Below are positions 25,101 to 37,282 of a stretch of 64,000 nt of DNA, piece by piece. The notes beneath the pieces were generated by a model. It was not told where the DNA came from, searched no databases, and worked only from the letters and a program-made list of their open reading frames with translations. The stretch is from the NCBI GenBank assembly GCA_047967505.1, contig CM106538.1; one strand, written 5' to 3'. Position 1 is the stretch's first letter, and each line of letters begins with the position of its first letter. The translations under genes were made by a program, and so were the position numbers. Source of the stretch: Dipteris shenzhenensis (lineage: Eukaryota).

Positions 25101-26523
25101 CATAGTGCATCAAAGGACGTGAAGGATTGTATTTACAAGATGGGCAAGCTTGTGAGGTACTTCACACTATACAAAATGTGAAGCATATCAATACGTGATG
25201 CAAGGTTTTCATATTGCTAATATGGTGCACTTTTTTATTTCTAGGTATGTGAGCTCAAAGGAAATGGATCCCACCATGCTTGAGGATGCTCAAGTTATGT
25301 TAGTAGAGGTGGCTTGTTTATTGGAGGAGACATTTCCACATTCTATTCTCACAAGCCAACTACATCTCATAGTGCATTTGGTGGATGAGATCGCTATATG
25401 CAACACTGTACATGCACGATGGTTGTTCTTCCTCGAGCACTTCATGAAGACCTTTAAGGGTTTTGTGAGGCAAAATGCAAGGCCCGAAGGTAGCATGGCC
25501 GAGGGCTGGTTAGTACAAGAGTCACTTGTATATATTTATGAGTTTCTTGTTGATGTGGATAGCTCTCTCCCACGACTATGGAGAGATGATGAAGACCTAA
25601 GAATGACTATATTGTGCCTCAAGGGAAAGGATGGAGCAAAGTAATGGAGATGGAGTTGCTTAATAATCTAAACCTCTATTGCATGCTTAATAGTAGTGAT
25701 GTGATAAAAAGATCAATGACAAGATACGAGGATGCAAAAGCAAGAAGATAAGGAGAAAGGGCCCTCTTTCGTACACACCACGGATCTTGTGTGCCATACC
25801 TTGAGCATCTAAGATCACTTCCAAAGGATATTCATGTGGATTGGCTACTTAACAAAATGGAGAGAGTAGAGAGAGACGAGGGGATGCATATCACAATGGA
25901 AGAATGGAAGTATGCTAGAGGGTGCATGCAAAAGGTTGGTATATAGAATGTTATGCATAAGTTAGGAGCTTTCAACAATTTATATTATTTATTCAATTGA
26001 TTTTGTCTTGGTATAGTGTACTATGTTCAATGCTATATGGTGTGAGGGCAAGCATTTTTGGACACAATGGATTGATGATAAGAGAAACACACAAGATTGT
26101 GGTGTCATTGCTAGCTGTGAGGGAGCCAATGGAGCCATGGATGATTATTGTGGCATAATTCAAGATATTATTAAGCTTGACTTTTGGTGCTTCTTTGTGT
26201 ATGTTTTGGATGTCAAGTGGTTTAAGGATGTGGTGGAAAAAGGCTCTAATGCAACAATCAAATGCCATGCAAGTGGCTTTGTAACTATTGACTCTACAAA
26301 GTTTTGGCAAAGCAAGAACGACACACTAGTACTGCCGCAACAATGTGAACAGGTACTATACACATATATAAAAATACTCACTTTTTAATATTTGATACCT
26401 TCGATGCAAGGAAAATAACATGTTTGTTTTTGTGTTTGAATAAGGTTTTCTATCAACCAATGGTGGATAATAATAGGTGGTGGCACATCATACCTATTAC
26501 ACCATGTTCCAAAGTGATGTATA
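22141..26523 (+). mobile_element. CACTA/En-Spm family A, copy A1 (left TIR + TnpD pseudogene; no TnpA half; right end missing)
   Basis: TIR CACAACAACACAATGC at 22141. TnpD motifs KIKCMCD..HISKYG, EEPRNLRLGLGMDGVNPFG..SVWPVILVNYNL, HLLNPIHIFKNVA, GLKSHDWH, HARWLFFLEHFMKTFKGFVRQNARPEGSMAEG and YCGIIQDI, with GT-AG introns. Confidence 0.93.
23713..24272. mobile_element. 560-bp MITE with ~32-bp TIRs inside a TnpD intron
   Basis: Left end CATTAGGAAAAAAGGGAGCTCATTTTGGGGCC versus reverse complement of right end CATTAGGAAAGAAGGGAACTCATTTTGGGGCC. It is absent from the paralogous introns at ~34800 and ~51280. Confidence 0.92.
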
Positions 26524-26546
26524 CACAACAAGACAAAGCAACTATA
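26524..26546 (+). mobile_element. Isolated family-A CACTA terminal inverted repeat
   Basis: CACAACAAGACAAAGCAACTATA matches the termini at 31789, 40327 and 54259. It truncates A1 TnpD and is cut by the LTR at 26547. Confidence 0.75.
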
Positions 26547-28053
26547 TGTTGAGAGATCATGATCAACATCATGTGATCATATGTGCATAGCACCATCATG
26601 TGATCATATGGCATAGCACTAACCCAATAGAGTGCTATAAAGGAAACAGTTAGATGCCCTAACCCTAAACAGGTTTGTATATATTCTACATTTTCAACTA
26701 AATCTAGTGTAGAGTTAGTCATTTGTGGTGTGCTCTCTAACTGTGCCCTCTCTCCTCATATCCACTCTTCTCCTCTCCCCTCTTCATATTTTGTCGTGGT
26801 ATCAGAGCTCCCTTGCCTTCCGCTGAGGCATTGCGATTCTTGAGAGAGATTGAGTGATTGAGAGATTGAGTGTTTCCATCCTTTCATTCCGTTGATGAAA
26901 GAGATTTCTGTCCATTTGATTGAGAGAGAAAGTTTCCATCCACTATTCTTTTTGTGTGAGAGAGAGTTCTTTTGGAGAGATTTCCTCTCTCTCAGAGAAA
27001 GAAAGATATAGATGTTCTTTCATATCTATGTGTGACTAAGGTACTCTTATACATTGTCTACTAGTTAGAGCTCATTGACAACAAAGGCAGAGGGAGTTAT
27101 CTGGAAGGAGTTCACAAAGCATTAGCCTATTCTATTCGATAACCTAGGATTCTATAACTATCTGAAGCTGCTCACAGCACCGTCACCTCTCCAAGTGCAA
27201 GAGGTTCCTTCGACTTCAGCAACTCTAAGGCTCTAAGCCCAAAGATCCAAGCTCGCAACAGACTTCCTACGTAGTCCACAGCCGCCTCCATCTATGCTAT
27301 GCATGAGCAACTCATGGGCAACCGCCTCTATAGCTACCTCATAGCTACGCTCCAAAGCTTCAGCTCCTCCCAGAAGACTCCTAATAGTGACTACAACAGC
27401 AAGGCGGCATAGCTCCAAAGCGTCACACCAGCAACACTTCCCACATGGCCTCCTCATAGTATTTGCGGCTCCCCCTCTGAGTCGCCTCCTTCAACAACCA
27501 TCACTTCTCTCAATGACCATCACGTTGCCTCCTATCGATGGATCTTCAATTAGGCTATCATTGACCTTCTATGAGCATCACGCTCCTACTAGATGGATCC
27601 TACATTAAGCATCACTGCACCTAAGCTCCCATATACACTGCTCACCTAGCAGCCAACTACCGCAACCTACCCATCGCTCTGCAACGAAGGATCTACAAAC
27701 GTTTCCAACGATAGGCACTCCAACAAAGCCAAGTCCTCCAAACACGCCATCATAGCACCTTGCCAAGCACACCGTCAACAGCGCCTTGCCAAGCCTCTCC
27801 GTCAAGCCAGTATCTAAACTCCTCCAACCGCCGGGCCATTGACGCGACGCTAGCCTTCCTACAACGATAGCCCAGCCTACCTGCACGGTGATGCCATCTG
27901 CTAGCACGACCTTCAGCATGCTCTAAAGCAGAAGTGAACACTGATTCAAGTGACTCACAACGAGCTCAAATCTCCATCCACCATCAACGCTTATTTGCAT
28001 CACAGGTAACCAAGCTGTCCATCAACGAATGCTACAGTGTCCACAAGCAAAGG

Positions 28054-28237
28054 CAAACTAGGAAGACGAACCGCCCATGTTATAATATGCTCTACACTCC
28101 TCCAGTGCCTTCACCTATGATGACCTACTACTCTCATCACAATCGGCAAACCAGGAAGACGAACCGCCCATGCTACAACATGCTCTACACTCCTCCAGTG
28201 CCTTCACCTACGACGACCTACTACTCTCATCGCGATT
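28054..28237. repeat. ~93-bp tandem duplication
   Basis: CAAAC(T/C)AGGAAGACGAACCGCCCATG...CTACTACTCTCATC occurs twice. Confidence 0.9.
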
Positions 28238-30332
28238 AGCCATGAAGGAAAGGCTCCCATAGCAAAGTCTGCACTGCGGCTCCTGCATCTTCATCAGAAT
28301 CTGCATCTGGAAATTGGAATCTGTGAGGATTTCATCAGAATCTTGTAGATTATGTCGTTCAGAGATCCATACATGGCAAGAACTTCATCCAACTGTTATC
28401 CTCCAGGGTTGGTCAACACGTGTCAACCCCCATCTGCCACATCATCACTTATCTTGCCACATCAACAGATCCAACTCACATGCCACGTTATCAGTGACAC
28501 ATCACCAACTTGCCACCTTACCAAATCCAATCTTTTGCCACCTCATCAATGCCATGTGGCACTTTGACCCTTTGCAGGCACAGTTATCTCTCTGCTAGGC
28601 ACAGTTACTGCATGTGACCCCCTAACTACCACATCATCATTGAGCACATTTGCACTCCTTTTGCCCCTCCACCTAGATCAAGTCGTATCTCTTGATCCAG
28701 GAAGAATTTGAGGGTGCTCCAGAAAGGAAAAATGATCGATTTTTTGTGCTCTATGCACTCATCACATCACGTGCACATTTAGGCACAAGTATCACTCACT
28801 TTTGAGCCTCACCGACAAATCCACTTCCTACATGCACATCAGCCTCTACATCGACGCATCTGACCCAGCACATAAAAAGAACCAAAGAAAATAAATTAAT
28901 TGCTATTCTTTCATTAATCGATAATTGGTATAGATCTAGATCAGAGTAGACCAGATCGCCATAGGGGGGACACTTTGAATTTCCCCAAGTTGCCAATCTA
29001 AGCCATGCCCAAAACTCCCAACTAGTACCTACTCGGAGTTAGTCCCTATGCTCACATATGGTTTCACATCATCACATTACCTGAAACCTGGCACTCATCA
29101 GTTCAGTGAGCAGACTTCAGAGGGTTGAGAGGCATTGCCGATTGATCAATGGGTAGATAGCACATGATTTGATTTTACACACACATGCCATCATTGTAAA
29201 GCCTATTCGGCTATTTCATGGCATTGTGCACTTTATTTCAACCTTGTAAAGCCTCTTGTCCATTCCCGACATCATTTGCCACAAACCTTGTAATTCAGAT
29301 CGGATTATATATATTACAATTCTACCTTCACCGACAGTGCAGATTTCACTTGCTACAATAAGTGTTTTGCACTTGATTCAAACAATGATTTTCACGACAC
29401 TGAGAGTACATTTATTGCACCATGTCTACGAGTAGCAACCTCAATCTATGGTATTTGGTGCAGGCAACATCTTTTGGAGCAACCTATTGCATTGCTCATC
29501 TATTTCTATGGCTAGCTTGCCTCTATCACTAATCTTTCGGTCATCCACCTTGTTCCATCATCTCCTTTGACCTCGGTCCTCTACTATAGCCTGGTATTTT
29601 GTCTACCCCTTTTCTTTGTAACTAATCCTCCTCGCCAGTAAACTTTGACCACAACTCACATACCATGCCTACTTGACAAGATAATATGCTTGTCTTGAGG
29701 ACAACTCTTTAGATTTATAAGTCATTTTTCCATCAATCTCTCTCTTTTAATAGTTATTACATTTGCATGATTAAGCAAGTTTGATCCCTTGCTCACCTTT
29801 TCTCAATATTTTTCCCTTCAATTCAGTTCTTTTAATGTTTGGTAAGTTTGTTGCTTGTTCTTTCAAATGCTTTATTTTGCCATAATTTGTCATTTTTCAC
29901 TATTATTTTAATAATAAGTCTACATATGGTTTTTCTTTTCCATTCTAGATGGTATTGCAACCATTAATAAATATCCATGCAACTTTGTTCCAGTGTGCAT
30001 CTGAAATAATTGTCCTAATGGAATTGCCCCCTACACAATTGCACTATCTTTTATTGGTCACAAGTTGTTTACTTCTTGATTTTCCCTTGTCTATCAGTGG
30101 AAGGTTCCATATTATAAGGTCAATTTATTATCACTCTCGGTAAGGTTACTTACCCTTTCTTCAGATATGGCCGGAATTGCAACACTAATGGCTATCCTTC
30201 CGGCCAATAGTCTATTCCAATTTTTCAAGGCGATGGTATGGAAGGCAAAAGTCATGTTGATTCTTGAAGATGATGATCTCTATGATATTGTTGATGGTAT
30301 GTAGACTTGTAGTGCATAGCCCACATCTGACA

Positions 30333-30663
30333 CAGGGGAATATATCATGGAAGGCCTAGTACTTTAGACTTGGCAAACATTTCATATTGAATAATTAAGG
30401 AGGACAAGCTACCTGCCGATATCCCGTGGGGCCCACTATGTAAAAACCCCATATAACACATGCATCAAGGGGTATTTTTTAAAACCTATATACACCCCTT
30501 CTATATGTTTTGAGATGATTAAAGAATCTCTTATTTAAGAGGATTTCACTTTTTGGATTAAAAAACCCCTTATGTATGTATATTTTCTGTAACTCCATAA
30601 AAATATAAAACCCCTTTCATTGATCGCATGTGCTATCTTACATATTTCTTAGTGATCCCCCTG
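30333..30663. mobile_element. Possible hAT-like MITE interrupting Copia gag
   Basis: CAGGGGAAT...ATCCCCCTG ends and an AT-rich interior, with gag-like sequence on both sides. No 8-bp TSD is visible. Confidence 0.35.
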
Positions 30664-32220
30664 GGGCCAGTATATTATTTTTGCACTTAATGATTCACTA
30701 ATGATGGATGTTTTCCTTACTTACGATGTCGCATGCAACCTGGGCATACCTTGTGTCCACTTTTGAAAAGAAATCCATTATCGAAGTGCTTCATCTTCGT
30801 TCTATGTTGGATAATCTGCATTCCAAGCTTCCTACATCATTGACTACTCATATTGAGTCATTTAAAGACATCGTGAATTAACTTCCTACTACTGGAGCCC
30901 CTATTGTACAATCTCAACTTGTTGCTGAGTGTTAACATAATATCAAAGACGAAAAATATGGCAATATTGTTACCATTATTTCCAACAAGGATGGTATTGA
31001 TTTTAATCGTGCTTGTATGTCTCTAATTGAAGATTCACAGCCACATGAAAGGCGTAAGCATTAGAAAAAGCCAAGGATCTTTATTCAAGTCTATGAAAAG
31101 AAATGGGCAGCTTGGCGGACTAAACAGGATATTGTGATTGTGATGTTTTCTCATTAATAGCCTGCATTCGGATGATTTAATCCTCCGTCTTTGCTCTCTC
31201 AGATTATAGATATATTTGCACTGCTTGATTGTCTCACACATTACAAGACCTAATTGGAGATTATTGGCCATGTCTCACAACATTTCGTCCCGCACTTTTG
31301 CCAGTTGACAAACCTTCGAGAAGGTACAATCTTCCTTTATTAGCTCTCACATTCTTCAAAACCAATGGACCAAAACCGATGGACCAACAACAGACCATTA
31401 CACTGATTATAAACTACGAGGAAAGGGCATGTTCCTCGTTTTTGTAGCTCTTGGAGAGGAAGCGTGCCACCTCTCCAACCACACACTGTGTGGCTATATT
31501 GACTTTATTTATATTTATATATTTATATCTATATTACTTGCAAACCAAAAAAGTATATCTTCTAAATCAATTAAATTTCTCTATTGATGGTTCTTTTTTG
31601 TTTATGCATGTTCTCAATGCGAGTGAACATTTGCCATCAACAAAGAAGATAACCAAGTTGGATGCAAGATTGAAGGATGATGACAACACTATATAGACTG
31701 TATAGCAATGATAAATTATAAGCTCTTATGAGTATATCCTTACTCATGTATTCAATGCACAAAAGACACACACACAAAATCAATAGTACACAACAACACA
31801 AAGCAACTATAGACGCACTTCATAGATGCGCAAAATAGCAGGCGCATCTATAGGCACTATTCGGATAGAGAAATTACGGCCGCTTCTAATAGTGCGTCTA
31901 ATAGCGCATCTATTAGTGCATCTATTATTGCATCTAATACTATGTGTAATAGCACATCTATTAGCACGTTTATTAGCACATCTGCACTATTAATTAGATG
32001 CGGATTTAGATGCAAAACAGAGAATACAGAAAGTGAGATTTTGGGGCAGCCTGATAAATGTACATCAATGCTTTCCAAACATTGCCCATGATTACCAAAG
32101 CACGTAATTTTAACAAAAATATCAATGCTTTTTTGCAAACCCATGCACATATACAATAATTAAGTGAGGTGAGGAGAATGAGACAATATGTAAAATAGTT
32201 TTGCCAATATCAATGATGGG

Positions 32221-35200
32221 CTACAATTCAATCTCATCATCAATGAGATCAACCCTTGCCAAACTATCTACTTCAAAATCCAAACCAGTGTTGAGATCTA
32301 CAAATATATTCAACCCACTACTACTTGTGCTACTCATGTGCTCATCGAAATCAGCATCACCAATGGTAGGCTCGTCCTCACGGGTAATGGCCTCAATATC
32401 TATATCTCCTATCTCATGATCATCCTCCTCTCTCATATCACGATCATCATCACCTCCATGGCCATGATCATCCTCCATATGCTCCATATTAGTAAATGTA
32501 CTATACATCACTTTGGAATGTGGCGTAATAGGTATGACATGCCACCATCTATTATTATCCACCATCGGTTGATAGACAACCTAATTCAAACACAAATACG
32601 ATCATGTTATTTTCCTTGCATCGAAGGTATCAAATATTTAAAAGTGAGTATTTTTGTATGTGTGTACAATACCTGTTCACATTGTTGCAATAGTACTAGT
32701 GTGTCCTTCTTACTTTGCCAAAACTTTGTGGAGTCAATAGTTACAAAGCCACTTGCATGGCGTTTGATTGTTGCATTAGGGCCTCTTTCCACCACATCCT
32801 TAGACCACTTTACATCCAAAACATACACAAAGAAGTGTCAAAAATCAAGCTTAATAATATCTTGGATTATGCAACAAAAATCATCCATGACTCCATTAGC
32901 TCCCTCAAAGCTAGCAATGACGCCGCAATCTTGTGTGTTTATCTTATCATCAATCCGTTGTGTTCAAAAATTCTTGCCCTCAGACCATATAGCATTGAAC
33001 ATAGTACACTACACCAAGACAAAATCAATTAAATAAGCAATCTAAATTATTGAAAGCTCCTAACTTATGCATAACATTCTATATACCGACCTTGCTCATG
33101 CATCCCCTAGCATACTCCCATTCTTCCATTGTGATATGCATCCCCTCGTCTCTCTCTGCTCTCTCCATTTCTTTAAGTAGCCAATCCACATGAATATCCT
33201 TTGGAAGTGCTCTTAGATACTGAGGGTATGGCACACGAGATCCATGGTGTGTACGAAAGAGGGCCCTTTCTTCTTGTCTTTTTGCCTTTGCATCCTCGTA
33301 TCTTGTCACCCATCTTTTCATCACATCACTATTAAGCATGCAATAGAGGTTGATATTAATAAGCAACTCCATGTCTATTACTTTGGTGCATCCTTTCCCT
33401 TGAGACACAATAGAGGTCATCCTTAGGTCTTCATCATCCCTCCATAGTCGTGGGAGAGAGCTATCCACATCAACAAGAAACTCAAAAATATATACAAGTG
33501 ATTCTTGTGCCAACCAACCCTCAGCCATGCTACATTCGAGTCTTGCATTTTGTCTCACAAAACCCTTCAAGGTCTTCATGAAGTGCTCGAGGAAGAACAA
33601 CCATCGTGCATGTACAATACCGCATATAGCAATCTCATCCACCAAATGCACTATGAGATGTACTTGGCTTGTGAGAATAGAAAGTGGAAATGTCTCTTCC
33701 ACTAAACAAACCACCTCCACTGACATCACTCGAGCATTCTCAAGCGTGGTGGGATCTATTTCCTTTGAGCTCACATACCTAGAAAGGAAAAAGTGCACAA
33801 TATTAGCAATATGAACACCTTGCATCCTGTAAAGTACCTCATAAGCTCGCCCATCTTGTAAATACAATATTCACATTTTGTATCCTGTAAAGTACCTCAC
33901 AAGCTCGCCCATCTTGTAAATACAATCCTTCATGTCCTTTGATGCACTGCAAGAAATGCAACTAGGTAGTATGAACTGAACACACGAGGAATGGTTGATT
34001 AGTTGCTTCTAATTCACTCACAAATTTGGAAGGAAAAATATATTATGCACATAAAATACTTACTTGGAGCATCTTGTGCCAATCATGAGATTTCAAGCCA
34101 TATAATTGCTCTACACCTCTTTTCTTGCTCTTTGTGAAGGCCCCCTCCTCATGCATCTAGTGGGAGTACGAATGGTACTGATAGCATGCTTCACCGCCAC
34201 CATCTCTAGCTTTGATAACGTCCATGGTGCGTGAGGTAAAAAAACGCACCCATTTGGTCTCTCTTGTGGCCAAGCTTCACGCATCCTCCCTGTGGTGTGT
34301 AGATTCTCCCTTATGCTTGCGAAATCTCGTATCCCGTTCAAATGTTCCCAAATGGTAGATGCCACATTCTTAAAGATATGCATGGGATCAAGCAAGTGAT
34401 TGATCTTGAGGTGGGAGCAATATGGTAAACGATAAAAGATGGAGTATCTATACAAAAGCTGGTGTTAGCGAGCAATCTTTATTTCTCCTTTATTTTCAGC
34501 CAATATAGCACACAATAGATACAAACCCTTACCAGCTCATGCCAAGTGGTGGAGTCATCGTGGAACCGTACCAAATTCTCATCCAATCTCCCAGAGTGAC
34601 TGATTGTGGGGGGACTTCATTCCAAGGAGCAACATATCTAGGATGATCACGTGGGAGAAATCGATGGTGATTCTCATAGATGACCTTATTCAATGTGTTT
34701 GCCCATGAGGTAACTAGCAAAGGACCACAAACAGGACATGCATGGTAACCCGATGTAGTGAGACGTGAACAATAGATGGAATTAAGAGTTGAAGGTGGGT
34801 TTAGGGTGCCACATCGATTGCCTACTCCTAATTAAAAGTGAAATGCTTACCTGAACACTCGCCATAGCCTAGGAAGTCATGCATCATCCACATCAAGACT
34901 ACTTTGCAGTTGAAGTCTCGTGACGAGGGAGGCCTGCTCACATCATGCACCTTGATACCTCTCCAAAGTATCTCTAGCTCGTCAATCAAAGGCTCCAAAT
35001 CAACATGATGATTTTTGACTTTATGTTTCCCTGGAATTAGAAGGGATAACATAACATGTCCTTTCTTAATAGCCATAGAGGGTAGAAGATTATAATTCAC
35101 CAATATCACTGGCCATACACTGTAAGAGGTGCTTTTGAGACCAAATGGGTTCACACCGTCCATACTCAATCCAAGTCTCAAGCTCCTAGGTTCTTCCTTG

Positions 35201-36360
35201 AAGCTTAGCCATGTGTCTTCAATATGCTTCCATGCAAGAGTGTCTATGGGAGTTCTCCACTTGCCATTGGTTGATCGATGGGAGGAATGCCATGACATGA
35301 GCTCTGCAATGGATTTGCACTTGAGCATATGTTGGATGCGAGGGATTATGGGAAAATGTCGCAGAACCTTATGAGGCACATCCAAAGTTTTGAGATCTAC
35401 TCTATATCTTGCCTCTCCACAAGTAGGACACTCTCTTGCATCCTTATGTGGTCCACGAAACAGAACGCAATCGTTGACACATGCATGGATGCGCTTGTAA
35501 TCTAATCCTCCAAGAGAGGTCACATGTTGCCTTGCCATATCTCTTGAGGTCGGTAATTTATTCTCCCTTGGAAGCATTTTACACAATAGCCTGCATGTGA
35601 AGACCATAAATGAGGAAAAGCATTCGAGTAATTGACCCACTAGCATAATTCACCATGTTTGCAAAATAGACTTTAAAGCTTACTTGAGTAATGCATTCAA
35701 ACTTGCATTGCTCCATCCATAGATGGTCTGCAAGTTTAGTAATTCACTTGAGTAATGCATTCAAACTTGCATTGCTCCATCCATAGATGGTCTGCAAGTT
35801 TAGTAACTCAAGGGAGGCATGTAGAACAAAGAATGTGCACCCCTCAAACAATGGAGTCAATGCTGTGGTAAAAAGATATCATCCTACTCCATGCTATCAT
35901 CCCTCCCTTCGGATTGATGGACATATAAATCCCGCACTATATCATCAAACACCTCCTATTCCACGGCCTCATGAGGTAATGGCGGAGGGCTACTATCACC
36001 ATCACTCCATGCATCAGTAACGGTCCCTCCTGAAGAACCCACCTCATATCGCCGACGCTTCGCCTCCTCACGACGAGCATAGGGTAACATATGCGGGTGT
36101 GGCTCTGCATCATGTATCAAATTAAAACGGGATCATAACTCAAACACATGAACACCCATAAGTATCTCAATCAACCTTAACTCTTCAACACTTACCATAT
36201 TTACGGTCACATCCCATTCTCCATACTTTGAGATGTGATTGAGTGTAATTCTGCATGCACGATACATGTTTCCTCGACATCAATCACACATACATTTGAT
36301 TTTTTGCTCCGATACGGAGGGATTCATTCTCACTGGAGCTACTTGTTGAAGATGAAGACA
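32221..36360 (-). pseudogene. TnpD-like CACTA transposase (multi-exon, disrupted)
   Basis: YKRIHACVNDCVLFRG..CPTCGEARY, VLRHFPIIPRIQHM, RLGLSMDGVNPFG, MHDFLGYGECSG, HLLDPMHIFKNV, HARWLFFLEHFMKTLKGFVRQ and an acidic C-terminal tail. Confidence 0.95.
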
Positions 36361-37282
36361 TCCCATAAATAAGCAACCCAAAAAATTTGCTCTTGCATGA
36401 GTTGTAAATGTTAAAAACTCTGTGGCACATCTAAAAGCACATCTGTATTGTGGTGTGCATCTACAGGCGTGTCTAAGACGTACTATAGATGTGATGATAG
36501 CGCATATTTAAACGCGCATTTAGATGCCCTTTTAGATGGGCTTTTAGGCACGCATATAGATGCGCTTTTAGACACGTAGACTACGAGCTGATTTTCGAAC
36601 CTACTTTTAGCGCGCTTGCTTTTCTTCACATACTTTTAATGTCGCGCGGCTTGCTTTGCTATTGACAGACATAACTCCGGCCATCCACACTTTCTCCAAG
36701 CACCCACACTCATCTCTACACTTACAAAATCATTCCCAAGCACACAAGAGAAGAGTGTGAACAAGGAAGAGAAGAAAGAGTTCAGCAACTTTGAAGAAGG
36801 ACAAGAAGCTTCCATACCTCTATCCAAGGTAAGTCTCTTGACGGTTGATCTTCTTTGGAAGTTGCTCTCTTTGGATTTGTCCTTTATCGTATGTAGGAAA
36901 CAAATGTTTTTGGTACTAGTGTTGTTTTTTTATGTCGGACGCATGTCCTTTTCAAGTTCTTAAAAAAGTGAGTTTGTAGGAGCACGTCTAATAGCGCGTC
37001 TATAGACGCGTCTGTCTTTGGAAACAGACAGCAGTGTCTATAGACGCGCTATTAGACGTAGATATAGACGCACTTTGATAGTCTTAGATGTTTTTTGTTT
37101 TCCTTCCCTTCCCCTTCCCCTTCCACTTCCAAGAAAAGGATTGCATATTGAATGATGGAAATAAGTGATTGCATGAATGAAGAAAGGTATTGCATGAATG
37201 ATGAAAAGGAAAAGGATGAAAAGCAAGGGATTGCATGAATGATGGAAAGGGAAAGCATGATTGAAGAAAGGGATTGCACTCT

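Larger units (their letters stand above)
26547..31330 (+). mobile_element. Ty1/Copia 5' part: LTR 26547-26796, PBS 26797-26808, long leader, gag/protease remnant ~30167-31330
   Basis: TGTTG LTR start, TATAAA at ~26636 and PBS TGGTATCAGAGC (tRNA-iMet). Gag motifs KVMLILEDDDLYDIVDG and ATWAYLVSTFEKKSIIEVLHLRSMLDNL; protease-like SQHFVP. That the LTR and gag belong to one element is inferred. Confidence 0.7.

Noticed and set aside
32338-33036. 232-aa plus-strand ORF and similar antisense ORFs over TnpD copies
   Set aside because: These are antisense shadows of transposase exons.
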